Shown in pieces: positions 9,487 to 20,776 of a stretch of 64,000 nucleotides of DNA. The stretch comes from an uncultured Chloroflexia bacterium (GTDB lineage: Bacteria > Chloroflexota > Limnocylindria > QHBO01). The notes beneath the pieces were generated by a model. It ran no database searches, was not told where the DNA came from, and saw only the letters and a program-made list of their open reading frames with translations. The stretch spans positions 21,043-85,042 of the forward strand of contig CAWCXQ010000011.1 in NCBI GenBank assembly GCA_963799675.1. The letters are read 5' to 3'. Both the position numbers and the translations under genes were made by a program. How positions within the stretch are numbered: position 1 is the first letter of the stretch; every line of letters starts with the position of its first letter.

Positions 9487-10364
9487 CGCCGGGCAAGGTT
9501 GTGGTCACCGGCGCGGGCGGCCAGCTCGGTCGGCAGCTCGTCACGGTCTTCCGCCAGGATGGCTGGGAGGTCGCAGAGCACGGGCACGCCGAACTCGACA
9601 TCGCCGACGGTGGCGCCGGGCGCCGGCTTGCGGGCGATGGGGCGCAGGTCATCATCAACGCCGCCGCCTGGACCGACGTGGACGGCTGCGCGCGCGATCC
9701 CGAACGGGCGATGCTGATCAACGGCGTCGCGGCAGGTCGGATCGCCGAGGCCGCCGCCGCCGCAGGTGCGCTTTCGGTGCAGATCAGCACGAACGAGATC
9801 TTCGACGGCAGCGCGCCGCGCCCGTATCGGGAGGACGACGCGCCCAACCCGATCAATCCGTACGGCGCCTCGAAGCTTGCCGGTGAGCGCGCGGTGATCG
9901 GCGCCAATCCCCGGCACCTCATCGTTCGGACGGCCTGGATCTTTGGCCCGGGTGGGCGGAACTTTCCCAGCAAGATCCTCGAGATCGCCGCGCGGCAGCG
10001 GGCCGAGGGGAAGCCGCTGCGCGTCGTCGCGGACGAGGTTGGCAACCCGACCTGGGCCCCCGACCTCGCAACCGGAATTCGCCTGGCGGTTGCCGCCTCG
10101 CTCGAAGGACGGCTCGATTCCGGGGTGCTGCACATCTGCGGCGAACCGCCCGTCTCCAGGTTCGGCTGGGCGGAGCGCATCCTGGAAGCCATGCCCGATG
10201 TGACGCTCGCGCGGATCAGCGCCGCCGAGTTTCCGCGTGCCTCCCGAGTTCCCTTGCGCGCCGTGCTGGCAACCGAAAGGGCGAGCGCTCTCGGCATCGG
10301 ACCGTTGGACTGGAGCGCACCCACTCGCCAGTACGCCTCGGAGCTCGCGGCGGTCGCACGCTGA
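9483..10364 (+). CDS. rmlD: dTDP-4-dehydrorhamnose reductase
   Basis: Internal ATG 9483 overlaps the rmlB stop (ATGA). 'KVVVTGAGGQLG', 'INAAAWTDVDGCE-like', 'NPYGASKLAGE'. Confidence 0.9.
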   Translation: MTPGKVVVTGAGGQLGRQLVTVFRQDGWEVAEHGHAELDIADGGAGRRLAGDGAQVIINAAAWTDVDGCARDPERAMLINGVAAGRIAEAAAAAGALSVQISTNEIFDGSAPRPYREDDAPNPINPYGASKLAGERAVIGANPRHLIVRTAWIFGPGGRNFPSKILEIAARQRAEGKPLRVVADEVGNPTWAPDLATGIRLAVAASLEGRLDSGVLHICGEPPVSRFGWAERILEAMPDVTLARISAAEFPRASRVPLRAVLATERASALGIGPLDWSAPTRQYASELAAVAR

Positions 10365-10902
10365 TGCTCCGACGCGAGGAGACTCGGCTCGTGGGGCTTG
10401 CGCTCCTCCAGCCGGAGAGCTTTCCGGACGAGCGCGGATTCTTCCTGGAGTGCATACAGCAACCGCGACATGGAGCGGATTGGCATCACGACGGAATTCC
10501 TCCAGGACAACCATTCCCGCTCGGTCCGCGACACCGTGCGCGGCCTCCATTTCCAGACCGGTCGCGGCCAGGCCAAGCTCGTTCGTGCTGCACGTGGCCG
10601 GATCTGGGACGTGGTGGTGGATATTCGCCGCGAGTCCCCGACCTTCGGCGAGTGGGAGGCCTTCGAGCTCGATGACGTGGAGCACAGGCAGCTCTACGTG
10701 CCGGTGGGATTCGCGCACGGCTTCTGTGCGATGAGCGACATTGCCGACGTCTGCTACAAGGTCAGCGCGTACTACGACCCCGAGACGGAGCGCGGCGATC
10801 GCCTGGGATGACCCCGCCATCGGGATCGAGTGGCCGACGGCCCAGCCGAAGCTGTCGGATCGCGATCGACGCAATCCCACGCTCGCCGAAGCGGCCCTCT
10901 GA
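10364..10902 (+). pseudogene. rmlC: dTDP-4-dehydrorhamnose 3,5-epimerase (two frame breaks, ~10445 and ~10790, as assembled)
   Basis: 'LQPESFPDERGFFLE' is in the frame of ORF 10364..10675. 'QDNHSRSVRDTVRGLHFQ...RIWDVVVDIRRESPTFGEWEAFEL...LYVPVGFAHGF' is in ORF 10398..10811. 'AWDDPAIGIEWP...*' is in a third frame (own translation), with its stop at 10902. Confidence 0.85.
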
Positions 10903-10907
10903 TCCAC

Positions 10908-12212
10908 GTGACGACCGAGCGCCGGCGCCCACGCGCCGTACCGGACCACGAAGGCGCCATCGGGGGAGCGGCGTATTCGCGCAACCGGCGCATCCATCGG
11001 TCCCGGAGCCATCCCCGGCCGCGCACCCTGCAGCTGCTGGCAACCGGCGGCAACGGCGGCGCGCAGGAGAGCTACACCGGGCTGCTGCTTCGCCTGGACC
11101 GCTCGAAATACGAGGTGCGCGCCCTCTCCCTGAGCAAGGGCAGCGCGGTGCAGCGCCTCGAGCGGCTGGGGATCGCCGTCGACGTTCTCGACTGCCCCGA
11201 CGACCGCGCCGCCGTCCGCGACCTGACCGCGTACCTGCGCCGGAATGAGATCGACCTCGTGCACGCGCACATGTTTCGTGCCGAGGTGATCGGTACCCGC
11301 GCCGCGGTCTCGGCGGGCACGCCGGTGATCATGGCCACCGTCCACTCGAGCCGTGTCCGATCCCCCGAAGATATCGCGGAGCTGGCCGCGCTGACGCCGC
11401 ACATGGACCGCCTGATCGTGCCCTCTGCAAGCATCGAGAGGAAGGTGCGACGCGAGGGTCGCGGCGAGGCGCGCTTCAGTGTCATCCCGAACGGAGTCGA
11501 TCTCTCGCGGTTTGCCGCGGAGGCGACGCCCTGCACCCTGCGCAACGAGGCTGAGATCCCAGGCAGCGCTCTGCTGATCGGGGTCGTGGCGCGCCTGGAG
11601 CCGGAGAAGGGGCACCGGTTTCTGATCGAGGCGATGCCTGCCGTTCTCGATGCCGCCCCCGATGCCTGGCTGGCCATCGTGGGCGAAGGCTCCCTGGCCG
11701 ATCAGCTCCGCGCCCAGGCGGCCGCCCTTCCCGCACCGGCGCGCGACCGGGTCATCTTCACCGGCCGCCGCGAGGATGTCAGCGCCGTCACCGCAGACCT
11801 CGACATCGCGGTTCTCCCCTCCTTGCGCGAGGCACAGGGAATCTCGATCCTCGAAGCCATGGCCCGGCACAAGCCGGTGGTCGCCTCCGCCGTCGGCGGC
11901 GTCCCCGAGGTTGTTACCGATGGAGTCGACGGCATCCTCGTCCCGCCCGCCGACCCGGGTGCCCTGGCGAGCGCCATCGCCCGTCTCGCGCGCGACGAGG
12001 AGCTGCGACGTCGTCTCGGAGAGGCCGGTTACCGGACCGTGGTCGAGCGGTTCAGCATCGACTCGATGGTGCGGCGGATCGAGCAGGCCTATGACGAGGA
12101 GCTGACGCGCTCCGGCGCACTCGCCCGCATTGCCGCCGGGGAGCAGCAGGACGTTTCGCCCGCGGAAGATTCACCGCACGATCGCGGGGCTCTCGAGATG
12201 CCCCCGCCGTGA
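10908..12212 (+). CDS. GT4 family glycosyltransferase (glycosyl transferase group 1)
   Basis: 'LQLLATGGNGGAQE', 'LVHAHMFRA', 'GVVARLEPEKGH', 'VLPSLREAQGISILEAMARHKPVVASAVGGVPEVV'. Start uncertain: GTG 10908 is the first in-frame start after rmlC, while the track ORF begins at 10830. Confidence 0.8.
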   Translation: MTTERRRPRAVPDHEGAIGGAAYSRNRRIHRSRSHPRPRTLQLLATGGNGGAQESYTGLLLRLDRSKYEVRALSLSKGSAVQRLERLGIAVDVLDCPDDRAAVRDLTAYLRRNEIDLVHAHMFRAEVIGTRAAVSAGTPVIMATVHSSRVRSPEDIAELAALTPHMDRLIVPSASIERKVRREGRGEARFSVIPNGVDLSRFAAEATPCTLRNEAEIPGSALLIGVVARLEPEKGHRFLIEAMPAVLDAAPDAWLAIVGEGSLADQLRAQAAALPAPARDRVIFTGRREDVSAVTADLDIAVLPSLREAQGISILEAMARHKPVVASAVGGVPEVVTDGVDGILVPPADPGALASAIARLARDEELRRRLGEAGYRTVVERFSIDSMVRRIEQAYDEELTRSGALARIAAGEQQDVSPAEDSPHDRGALEMPPP

Positions 12213-13480
12213 CCCGCTGGGCCGTCCTTGGCGGCGGCGCGCTTGGGCTGACCGCTGCGCTCCGCCTCTCGCAGCGCGGCCACAGCGTCACGGTCATCGA
12301 GCGCGAGCCGCTCCCCGGCGGGCTGGCGGCGGGGTTCGAGATCGAGCCGGGGATCTGGCTCGAGAAGTTCTACCACCACCTCTTCCGGAGCGATACGACC
12401 GCCGTCCGGCTGATCACCGAGATGGGCCTCGGGGACCGGCTCGAGTGGCATCGGCCCGTCACGGCGACCCTGCGCGATGGCGTCTTCCACCAGCTGGACT
12501 CGCCCAGTCAGCCTCCTCCGCTTCGGCCCGCTCCCCCTGCGAGACCGGGTGCGGATGGGAGCCGCCCTCGCCACGCTGAAGGCGATGCCAAACGCGAGGC
12601 TGCTCGAGGGCCAGACGGCAGCAATCCTGGATCCGCCGCTGGATGGGCGACGAGGCCTACCGCATCGTGTGGGGCCCTCTCCTGACCGGCAAGTTCGGGG
12701 AGACCGCCGGTGAGATCGCGATGCCCTGGTTCTGGGCCCGCATCCACGACCGCACCGCGCAGCTGGGCTACCTGCGCGGCGGCTTCCAGCAGCTCTATGA
12801 CACGCTCGCGGAGCGGATTCGCGATGCGGGTGGCGAGACGCGGTTCGGCACCGCGGTCGAATCGGTCCGGCGCGAGGATGACGGGCTCACCGTGCAGACC
12901 AATGCCGGCTCCGAGCGCTACGACGCGGTCATCTCGACCCTGGCGACTCGCCTCACCTGCCGCCTGGTGGAGGGCTTGCCGCAGGGATATCGGGACCGAT
13001 ACGAGTGGGGACCGGGCCTACGGCGCGCATTGCCTGGTCCTGGCGCTGGACCGGCCGCTGACATCGGCCTACTGGACGAACATGAACGACCCGGGCTTCC
13101 CGTTCATGGCCCTGGTGGAGCACACCAACTACCTGCCCGCCGCGGACTACGGTGGCCGGCACCTGGTCTACCTCGGCAACTATCGGCCGATGGATGACCC
13201 GCTCCTGCGTGCCTCCCGTGACGAGCTGCTGGACCAGTTCCTCCCGCAGCTGGCGCGCGTCAACCCGGCGTTCGAGCGCTCATGGCTGACCGATGCCTGG
13301 TCGTTCGCGGCGCCCTTCGCCCAGCCCATCGTGACCGTCGATTACCGCCACCACATCCCGCCGTTCGAGACGCCGATCGCCGGCCTCTACGTGGCGAGCA
13401 TGTTCCAGGTCTACCCGCACGACCGCGGGCAGAACTACTCGGTGGCGCTCGCTGAGCGCCTCGTCAACCGGGTCGCCTGA
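12209..13480 (+). pseudogene. FAD/NAD(P)-binding oxidoreductase, amine-oxidase/protoporphyrinogen-oxidase-like (at least 3 frame breaks as assembled)
   Basis: 'WAVLGGGALGLTAALRLSQRGHSVTVIEREPLPGG' is in ORF 12209..12685. It continues in the frames of ORFs 12477..12713, 12643..13197 and 12710..13480 ('...NYLPAADYGGRHLVYLGNY...GLYVASMFQVYPHDRGQNYSV'). Confidence 0.7.
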
Positions 13481-13491
13481 GGGTCAGCGGC

Positions 13492-13968
13492 TCAGACCGT
13501 CGACGTGCTGGTGCGGTCGCCCAGGTTGAGGATGGCCATGATCAGCAGGTAGATCAGCGCCCAGCCGATCAACGCCACCAGTGCGCCGATGTCGAGCGTG
13601 CTTCCTCCGCCCGGCGAGACGAGGTCGAAGTTGAAGATCCCGCGGAAGGGGGCCACGAACGGCTCTGTCACGTTGTAGATGAAATCGACCAGCCCGTTCG
13701 TCTGGTTGGCCACCAGCAGCAGCAGGACGATGCGAAGGGCGATCAGCACCGCCAGGATGCCGAAGAGCAGCGAGACGACCCGTCGCGCGTAGTAGAGCGG
13801 TCCGGGACCGGCCGCCACATACTCGCGCCGGCCACCGCTGGCGACGTTGACATTGCTGCTCGAGGGCGCGACAGGAGCCGGCTCCTCTACGACGCGCTCC
13901 CGCTCGACGACCCGCGTGTCGTCGACCGGCGGGTCATAGCGCGGGTCGGGGTCGTTCTGGTAGGTCAT
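13492..13968 (-). CDS. YggT family membrane protein
   Basis: 'LIALRIVLLLL...VDFIYNVTEPFVAPFRGIF' and a second TM 'IGALVALIGWALIYLLI'. GAGGAGGTGA RBS. Confidence 0.75.
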   Translation of the reverse strand: MTYQNDPDPRYDPPVDDTRVVERERVVEEPAPVAPSSSNVNVASGGRREYVAAGPGPLYYARRVVSLLFGILAVLIALRIVLLLLVANQTNGLVDFIYNVTEPFVAPFRGIFNFDLVSPGGGSTLDIGALVALIGWALIYLLIMAILNLGDRTSTSTV

Positions 13969-14027
13969 CTCGGTTCACCTCCTCGGGTTGCTCCGAGCCC
14001 GTTGCACGTGCCGTGCCGTGGGCTTGC

Positions 14028-14720
14028 TCACTCGGCAGGAAAGCCGAACTCCCCGATGAGGGGCACGAAGACGACCGGATCCAGCACGCGACTGGTCGCG
14101 TCGCTGCCGTGGCGCTCCACGAGCGTCAACAGCTGGTGCTCGCGGGCGCCAATCGGCATCACCAGGCGTCCCCCATCGGTCGAGAGCTGCTGGAGGAGGG
14201 GCTCGGGGATGGATGGCCCCGCGGCCGTGACGAGGATGGCGGCGTACGGTGCGCCGGCAGCCCAGCCTCGCGAGCCGTCGCCGACCACCACCTGGACGTC
14301 GGGATAGCCGGCTGTCGAGAGCCGGGCCGCCGCTTCCGCGGCGAGCTCCGGATGGCGTTCCACCGAGATCAGGTCGGCACCCATCTCGGCCAGCAGGGCG
14401 GCCTGGTAGCCGCTGCCCGTGCCGATCTCGAGCACCCTGGCGCCCTGCCACCCGCTGGGCGGCCGAGCCGCTGCGGTCATCCGCGCCACCACGTACGGCT
14501 GCGAGATCGTCTGCCCCGATCCGACGGGCAGCGCCCGGTCCCCGTACGCCTCGTCCGACTCCACGAAGCGGTGGCGGGGCACGGCGCGGAACGCGCTCAG
14601 CAGCTCCTCGTCGTGGAGGCCGCGCGATTCGAGCTGCTCGGCCACCATCCGCTCCCGATCGCGAGTCGCCGACTCCTCGCTGCTCGGTGCGCGATTCGGG
14701 CGGAGGCGTCGCCAGCGCAT
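14028..14720 (-). CDS. pcm: Protein-L-isoaspartate O-methyltransferase
   Basis: 'AFRAVPRHRFV', 'GQTISQPYVVARM', 'VLEIGTGSGYQAALLA'. Alternative start at M 14648. Confidence 0.9.
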   Translation of the reverse strand: MRWRRLRPNRAPSSEESATRDRERMVAEQLESRGLHDEELLSAFRAVPRHRFVESDEAYGDRALPVGSGQTISQPYVVARMTAAARPPSGWQGARVLEIGTGSGYQAALLAEMGADLISVERHPELAAEAAARLSTAGYPDVQVVVGDGSRGWAAGAPYAAILVTAAGPSIPEPLLQQLSTDGGRLVMPIGAREHQLLTLVERHGSDATSRVLDPVVFVPLIGEFGFPAE

Positions 14721-14794
14721 CGGTAGGTCAAACGAAAGCGGCCGCGTCGCGAGGACGGGGCCGCTGGGTGAGCTCGGCGGAGATGGCGGTCAGG

Positions 14795-15079
14795 TCACGC
14801 TTGCGCGGCACTTGGGGTCGCGCTTGGGCTCCCCGCCCGTGTCCGTGACCGGCCGTTGCGCGGACCGGGCTTCGACGCGTCGTCACCGAGCTCGTCGGCC
14901 ACGTCTGCGCCCGACTCATAGGTGCCCAGGGTGGCTGCGTCGAGGACGTCATTCAGCAGCCGATCCGCGCGGGCGCGGAGCAGCCGGCGCGTCTCGCTGC
15001 CTCGGCGCGGCGCCAGCAGGACGCCGACCGCGAGGCCGACGAAGAAGAAGCGGATTGCGATCCGTACGCGACTGAACAT
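14795..15079 (-). CDS. YtxH domain-containing protein
   Basis: 'FFFVGLAVGVLLAPRRGSETRRLL' matches the YtxH pattern. Internal ATG 15079 preferred. Confidence 0.6.
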   Translation of the reverse strand: MFSRVRIAIRFFFVGLAVGVLLAPRRGSETRRLLRARADRLLNDVLDAATLGTYESGADVADELGDDASKPGPRNGRSRTRAGSPSATPSAAQA

Positions 15080-15141
15080 GCGCGTCGACCCTCGTGTCTT
15101 TGCTGCCAGAAGTGGCAAGAAGGATACCACCGGGCCCCGGG

Positions 15142-16626
<1,485 letters not shown>

Positions 16627-16716
16627 GCGTGTTTCTCATGGAGTACCGCGTTTGGGAGCCGTCACTATAGCCCAGGCGTCCGCTTAGCGTACAAATGCCG
16701 GGAGCCCGCGAGCCGC

Positions 16717-16938
16717 TCAGCCAGACCCCGAGGGTGCGGCCGATTCCGACGGGGCGGGAACGCTGGGCAGCGGCACGCCGGACGGCTGCGGGATCAGGCG
16801 CGATGGGATTCCCGCGAGGGCCAGCACGAAGATCAGGATGAACATGGCGAGGACGGTCAGCACCCAGGGTCGCGCAAGGCGGTCGACCCGGGGAGGCAGC
16901 GACCCGCGATACCCAGGGTCGCGCGGCTTGTCGGTCAT
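16717..16938 (-). CDS. Hypothetical small membrane protein
   Basis: MTDKPRDPGYRGS...WVLTVLAMFILIFVLALAG, one TM followed by a Pro/Ser-rich tail. Its ATG overlaps the upstream gene stop (ATGA). Confidence 0.45.
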   Translation of the reverse strand: MTDKPRDPGYRGSLPPRVDRLARPWVLTVLAMFILIFVLALAGIPSRLIPQPSGVPLPSVPAPSESAAPSGSG

Positions 16939-18425
16939 CGGTCTCCTTGCACGCGGGCCAGGGCGGCTGTGGATCGCAGCGGATCTCGCAGCCACTCGCG
17001 CCTCAGCGTCAGCGAGCGCGCCCGTGCCGCATTCACCTCTCGGCGCGCTCGCGCGATGGTCGCCTCCGAGCCAACGCCAAGCGTCCAGGCAAGCAGGCCG
17101 AGCGACCCGCAGACGCCGACGGCGAGCACGACGACAGCAACGTCAAACACTCCCACGGCGCGGCGAAGGGTACCAGATCGCTCAGCGAGCCTGGCGCATG
17201 GCCGGCAGGGCCATCCCGATAGGCCAGCCAGGGCGCAGATTGCCCCGCCGATGGCCAGCACCGGCGCCGGACCGATGATCCCCGCCAGCCAGCCGGAGAC
17301 CGCCATCGAGGCCGCCATCACGCCGAAGACGAGCGCCTGGCGGCTCGACACTACCCTTCCCATCAGCCGCTGCGGGGTGCGCTGCTGGAACAGGGTGATG
17401 GTCGGGATCAGGAAGAGCATGTTCGTCGCGCCGGTGAGGAAGAAGAGGCCGATCGCGACGTACGGATCCTGGACGAAGCCGACGGCGACCAGGCACACGC
17501 CCATGCCGACCAGGCCGGCGATGGTGAGCGGGCCCTTCGGCAGGCGATCGCCGATCCAGCCCATCGCCACGCCGCCAACGACGCTGCCGAGGCCCACCGC
17601 CGCCAGCAGCAGGCCGTAGTTCTGCGGATAGCCGATCCGGCTGGTGTCGAGCACCTTCTCCGCGTACAGGATCGCGAGCACGATCTCTGCCCCGAACGCG
17701 ATCTGCGCCAGCGTGGTGATCACGGTGTTGGCGAACAGCTCGGCCTGCCGATGGAGGAAATTCCAGCCCTCGGCCATCTCGCTCCAGATGGCGCGGACGC
17801 TGAACGGCGTCAACGTCTCCTCCTGGCGCGCCACGACCATCAGGCCGATGAGGATCGCGGATACCAGGTAGGTGGCGCTGTCGAGCACGAATGCCGCCTC
17901 GATGATTCCGCTCAGCGAGGCCACGATCACCGCCGCCAGCGGCAGGCCGAACAGGTCCGCCGCGGTCTCGGCGACCGAGATCGCAGAGTTGGCCGTCACG
18001 AGATCGCCCTCGCCCACGATCTGGGGCACGACCGCGGTCTTGGCCGGGCGGAAGAGGAGGGTCACCGTGGCGATCGCAAAGGCGGCCAGGTAGACGAGCA
18101 GGATGTTGATCTCGATCGCGAACGGCACGCTGAGCACGATGGCGGCGCGCAGCGAGGTCGCAGACGATCATCGTGCGGCGACGGTCCCAACGGTCGACCA
18201 GCGCACCGGCGAGCGGGCCCAGGAGGACGTTCGGCACCGCCGTCGCGGCGAACGTGATCCCGAGCTCGAGCGGCGTGCCGCGGGATGTCACGAGAAACGC
18301 GAGCGCGACATAGTGAATCCGGTCCCCGAAGAGGCTGACCGCCTGCCCCACCCAGAGCAACGCGAAATGGCGATTGCGGGCCAGGCGCAGGTACAGCGAG
18401 GGGCCGTGCGGTGCTCGCTCTGCAC
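16935..18425 (-). pseudogene. MFS transporter (EntS/MFS_3-like); at least 2 frame breaks as assembled
   Basis: 'NRHFALLWVGQAVSLFGDRIHYVALAFLV...LLGPLAGALVDRWDRRRTMIV' is in the frame of ORF 17182..18360. The remaining ~10 TM helices are in ORF 16935..18137. Putative GTG 18425 follows GGAAGGAG. Confidence 0.8.
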
Positions 18426-18552
18426 CGCTTCTCCTTCCGGCCCGGGAGCGCGTAGGGGATGCCTGAACCGAAGGCGCCCGAGGTCAGGAACGCGGGTCGG
18501 CTGGCCGCGCCGCCGAAGACGAGCGCCGCGTGCCGGTAGGCGCCCGGACGGG

Positions 18553-19086
18553 TCATCGAATAGACGATCGCCCAGAAGATCCCGAGGGAGAGGAGGACGT
18601 CGCCGAGGCTGACGACGTCGCGGATGACCGGGAGCGGGAATCGGGATCACGTCGCCGAAGAGGCCGCCGTGCGCCACGAAGTCGGCCAGCCGCTCGGTCG
18701 GCAGCAGCGATGAAAGGAATCGGCGGAAATCGCATCGGGCGAGAATCCCGCGGCGCTGAAGGCGGCGCCACCAGATCGGCATCTGACCGCCGTTGAGAAC
18801 CACCGCCAGCGTGTTCAGCCGCAATGCCGACCGATGCGATCTGGAGGCCCGGCACCGTCCAGTTGCGCCACAGCCAGACGAAGATCAGGACGTAGGCCAG
18901 GATAAATGCCGAGCCCAGCGGGATCGGCATGCTGTCCGGACGAATCAGGCAAGTCCCGCCCAAGCGGAGCGCGAGCGCGACGCCCAGGAGCGCAGCCAGC
19001 GCAGTCGCAGCTCGGCGAGGCGGGGGAAACCGCCCCCGGCAAGCGCTCCCGACGATCAGCGCCAGGACGACGGCGCTAAGAAACAT
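18553..19086 (-). pseudogene. Small polytopic membrane protein, DUF5317-like (several frame breaks; 3' end uncertain)
   Basis: 'MFLSAVVLALIVG...' is in the frame of ORF 18553..20028. 'LNTLAVVLNGGQMPIW' is in ORF 18288..18824. 'SLGDVLLSLGIFWAIVYS' comes from my own translation. The family call is from memory only. Confidence 0.4.
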
Positions 19087-20513
19087 CGTCGGAGGCGAGC
19101 GTTGGCCTCGGCGTGGTGTGGTGCGCGGTCGGTCGCGCGGCTCCTCGACGGTCGCGGCGATACCGGCGGTCGTCCGCGCCGCCCTCGTCGCGCGGGTCCG
19201 GCGTGCAGCATGGTCGGCAGCTCGTCGTCGCGCTCCGGCCGGCGGTCGAGGATGCTCGCGGTCGAGGCCGATCAGGATCGGCACGATCTCCGGGTCGAAC
19301 TGGATCCCGCGAGTACTTCTCAGCTCGCCGATCGCATCTCGTGGCTGAGCGGCGTCTTGCGGTACGGACGCGAGGAGGTCATCGCCTCGTAGGCATCGGC
19401 CACGCCCAGGATCCGCGCGCCGCAGGGGGATGTCGAGCGCTTCCACGCCGTCGGGATAGCCGGAGCCGTTGAACCACTCGTGGTGCAGTCGGATCAGCGG
19501 CGCCTCTTCGTGGAGCTGACGGGCCGGCGCCACGATCTCCGCACCGATCGTCGGGTGCTGGTTCATGAGCATCCGCTCCTCGCGGTCGAGCGGTCCGTCC
19601 TTGAGCAGGATGCTGTCGCGGATGCCGATCTTGCCGACGTCATGAAGCAGCCCGGCCCACTTGATCTTCTCGATCTGCGGCTCGGGCACGCGCATGACCC
19701 GGCACATCGCCTCCGCGATGCGGCTCACCCGCGTCGAGTGGCCTCGCGTGTACCGATCCCGCGCGTCGACCGCGTTGGCCAGCGCCCCGATGGTCTGCTC
19801 GAAGAGCTCCCTGGTCTCGACGATAGCGGTGGTAGGCCAGCCGCGTCGTGAACAGCGGGACCAGGAACAGCGTCGTCGCCCACCAGCCCACGCCGTCGGG
19901 GAGCATGAAGATCTGCGCCATGAGCCAGCCCAGTGGTGCCAGGCCGACGAGGCTCGACCGCAACCGCCGCTAAGGTCCTGTGCCCAGATTGTTCGCAGAG
20001 CCGAGCCGGTACGAACGCTGACGGCCACGACCGCAAGCGTCCAGTTCAGAAGGTAAAAGACGCCGCTCGCCAGCGATCAGCCCGATGAATGCAATGATTC
20101 GCCTTGGCATGGCGCGGTGTCGGGACTAGCCGCTCGAACACCACTCATAGACAAGCACCCGACCAGAATCAGCGACCCGACAGCCGACGAATGGTTGAAC
20201 GAGAGTCCCGTACCAAGGGACTTGACCGCGGACCTCGCGCGAGTCGGATGAGCCAATCGCAGTCGACGATCGCGGCCGCGAGCGGCCCGCCAAGTACGAT
20301 CGCTGCGAGCATCGGGGCGCAGCTCACCGAGACGACCGTCCCCTGCGGCAGCCGAACCGGCAGGGCGCCGCCGATCAGCGTAAGGCCGTCCAGAAGAGCG
20401 AAGGCCAAGAGCCCGGATTTCTGGTCGACGGGGAACCGAAAAGTAGCCGCCGCGATGGCGACGATCGCGGCGGCTACAGTTAAGACGATCAGGCGTCGGA
20501 CGCTAGCATTCAC
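19076..20513 (-). pseudogene. Membrane-anchored HD-GYP domain phosphohydrolase (cyclic-di-nucleotide phosphodiesterase type); multiple frame breaks as assembled
   Basis: N-terminal TM region is in ORFs 20169..20513 and 19640..19963. Catalytic core: 'DARDRYTRGHSTRVSRIA', 'LLHDVGKIGI', 'HHEWFNGSGYP', 'GIQFDPEIVPILIGL' (ORF 18553..20028). The 3' end near 19076 was inferred from an alternative frame. Confidence 0.8.
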
Positions 20514-20744
20514 CGGTCACGATCACCCTACTGCGGGTGAGGACCGGGAGTCTACCATGGCCTCGCCTACCAGCCCCTGAAGCTTGCGCCCCCAGCAATT
20601 GCCAGGGTAACGAGCCCTCAAAGGGCCGCTAGCACAGCCGCGTAACGCTTCAAAAGGTCGCGCATGTGCTCTTCTCTGAGCTGTTTACCAGCCCTTAACC
20701 AAATCTCTTGCCATCAGAAGGTGCCCTCTTCCGTACCAACCTAA

Positions 20745-20776
20745 CAACCGACTCTCCCGATCGGGATGGTCGGTTG
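20745..20776. repeat. 32-nt near-perfect palindrome in a GC-poor intergenic spacer
   Basis: caaccgac-tc-tcccgatcggga-tg-gtcggttg: an outer 8-bp arm plus an inner 12-nt palindrome. Confidence 0.8.

Noticed and set aside
7546-11870. Very long minus-strand ORFs (633 aa at 7546..9447 and 811 aa at 9435..11870) antisense to the rml operon
   Set aside because: Their translations are low-complexity Arg/Gly/Asp/Pro-rich with no recognisable motifs. The plus strand carries clear rmlA/B/D/C and GT4 homologs. These are typical shadow ORFs of high-GC DNA, where stop codons are rare.
20681-20691. CTGTTTACCAG, reminiscent of a conserved stretch of bacterial SRP (4.5S) RNA
   Set aside because: The flanking sequence lacks the conserved GGAAGCAGCC-type helix-8 motif and the long hairpin. 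I judge this a chance 11-mer.
20664-20744. 26-aa Cys/Ser-rich micro-ORF (MCSSLSCLPALNQISCHQKVPSSVPT) in the GC-poor spacer, considered as a possible RiPP precursor
   Set aside because: It has only a weak SD-like AAGG and no adjacent maturation enzymes. A chance ORF is plausible in an AT-richer stretch. The coding call is not supportable.
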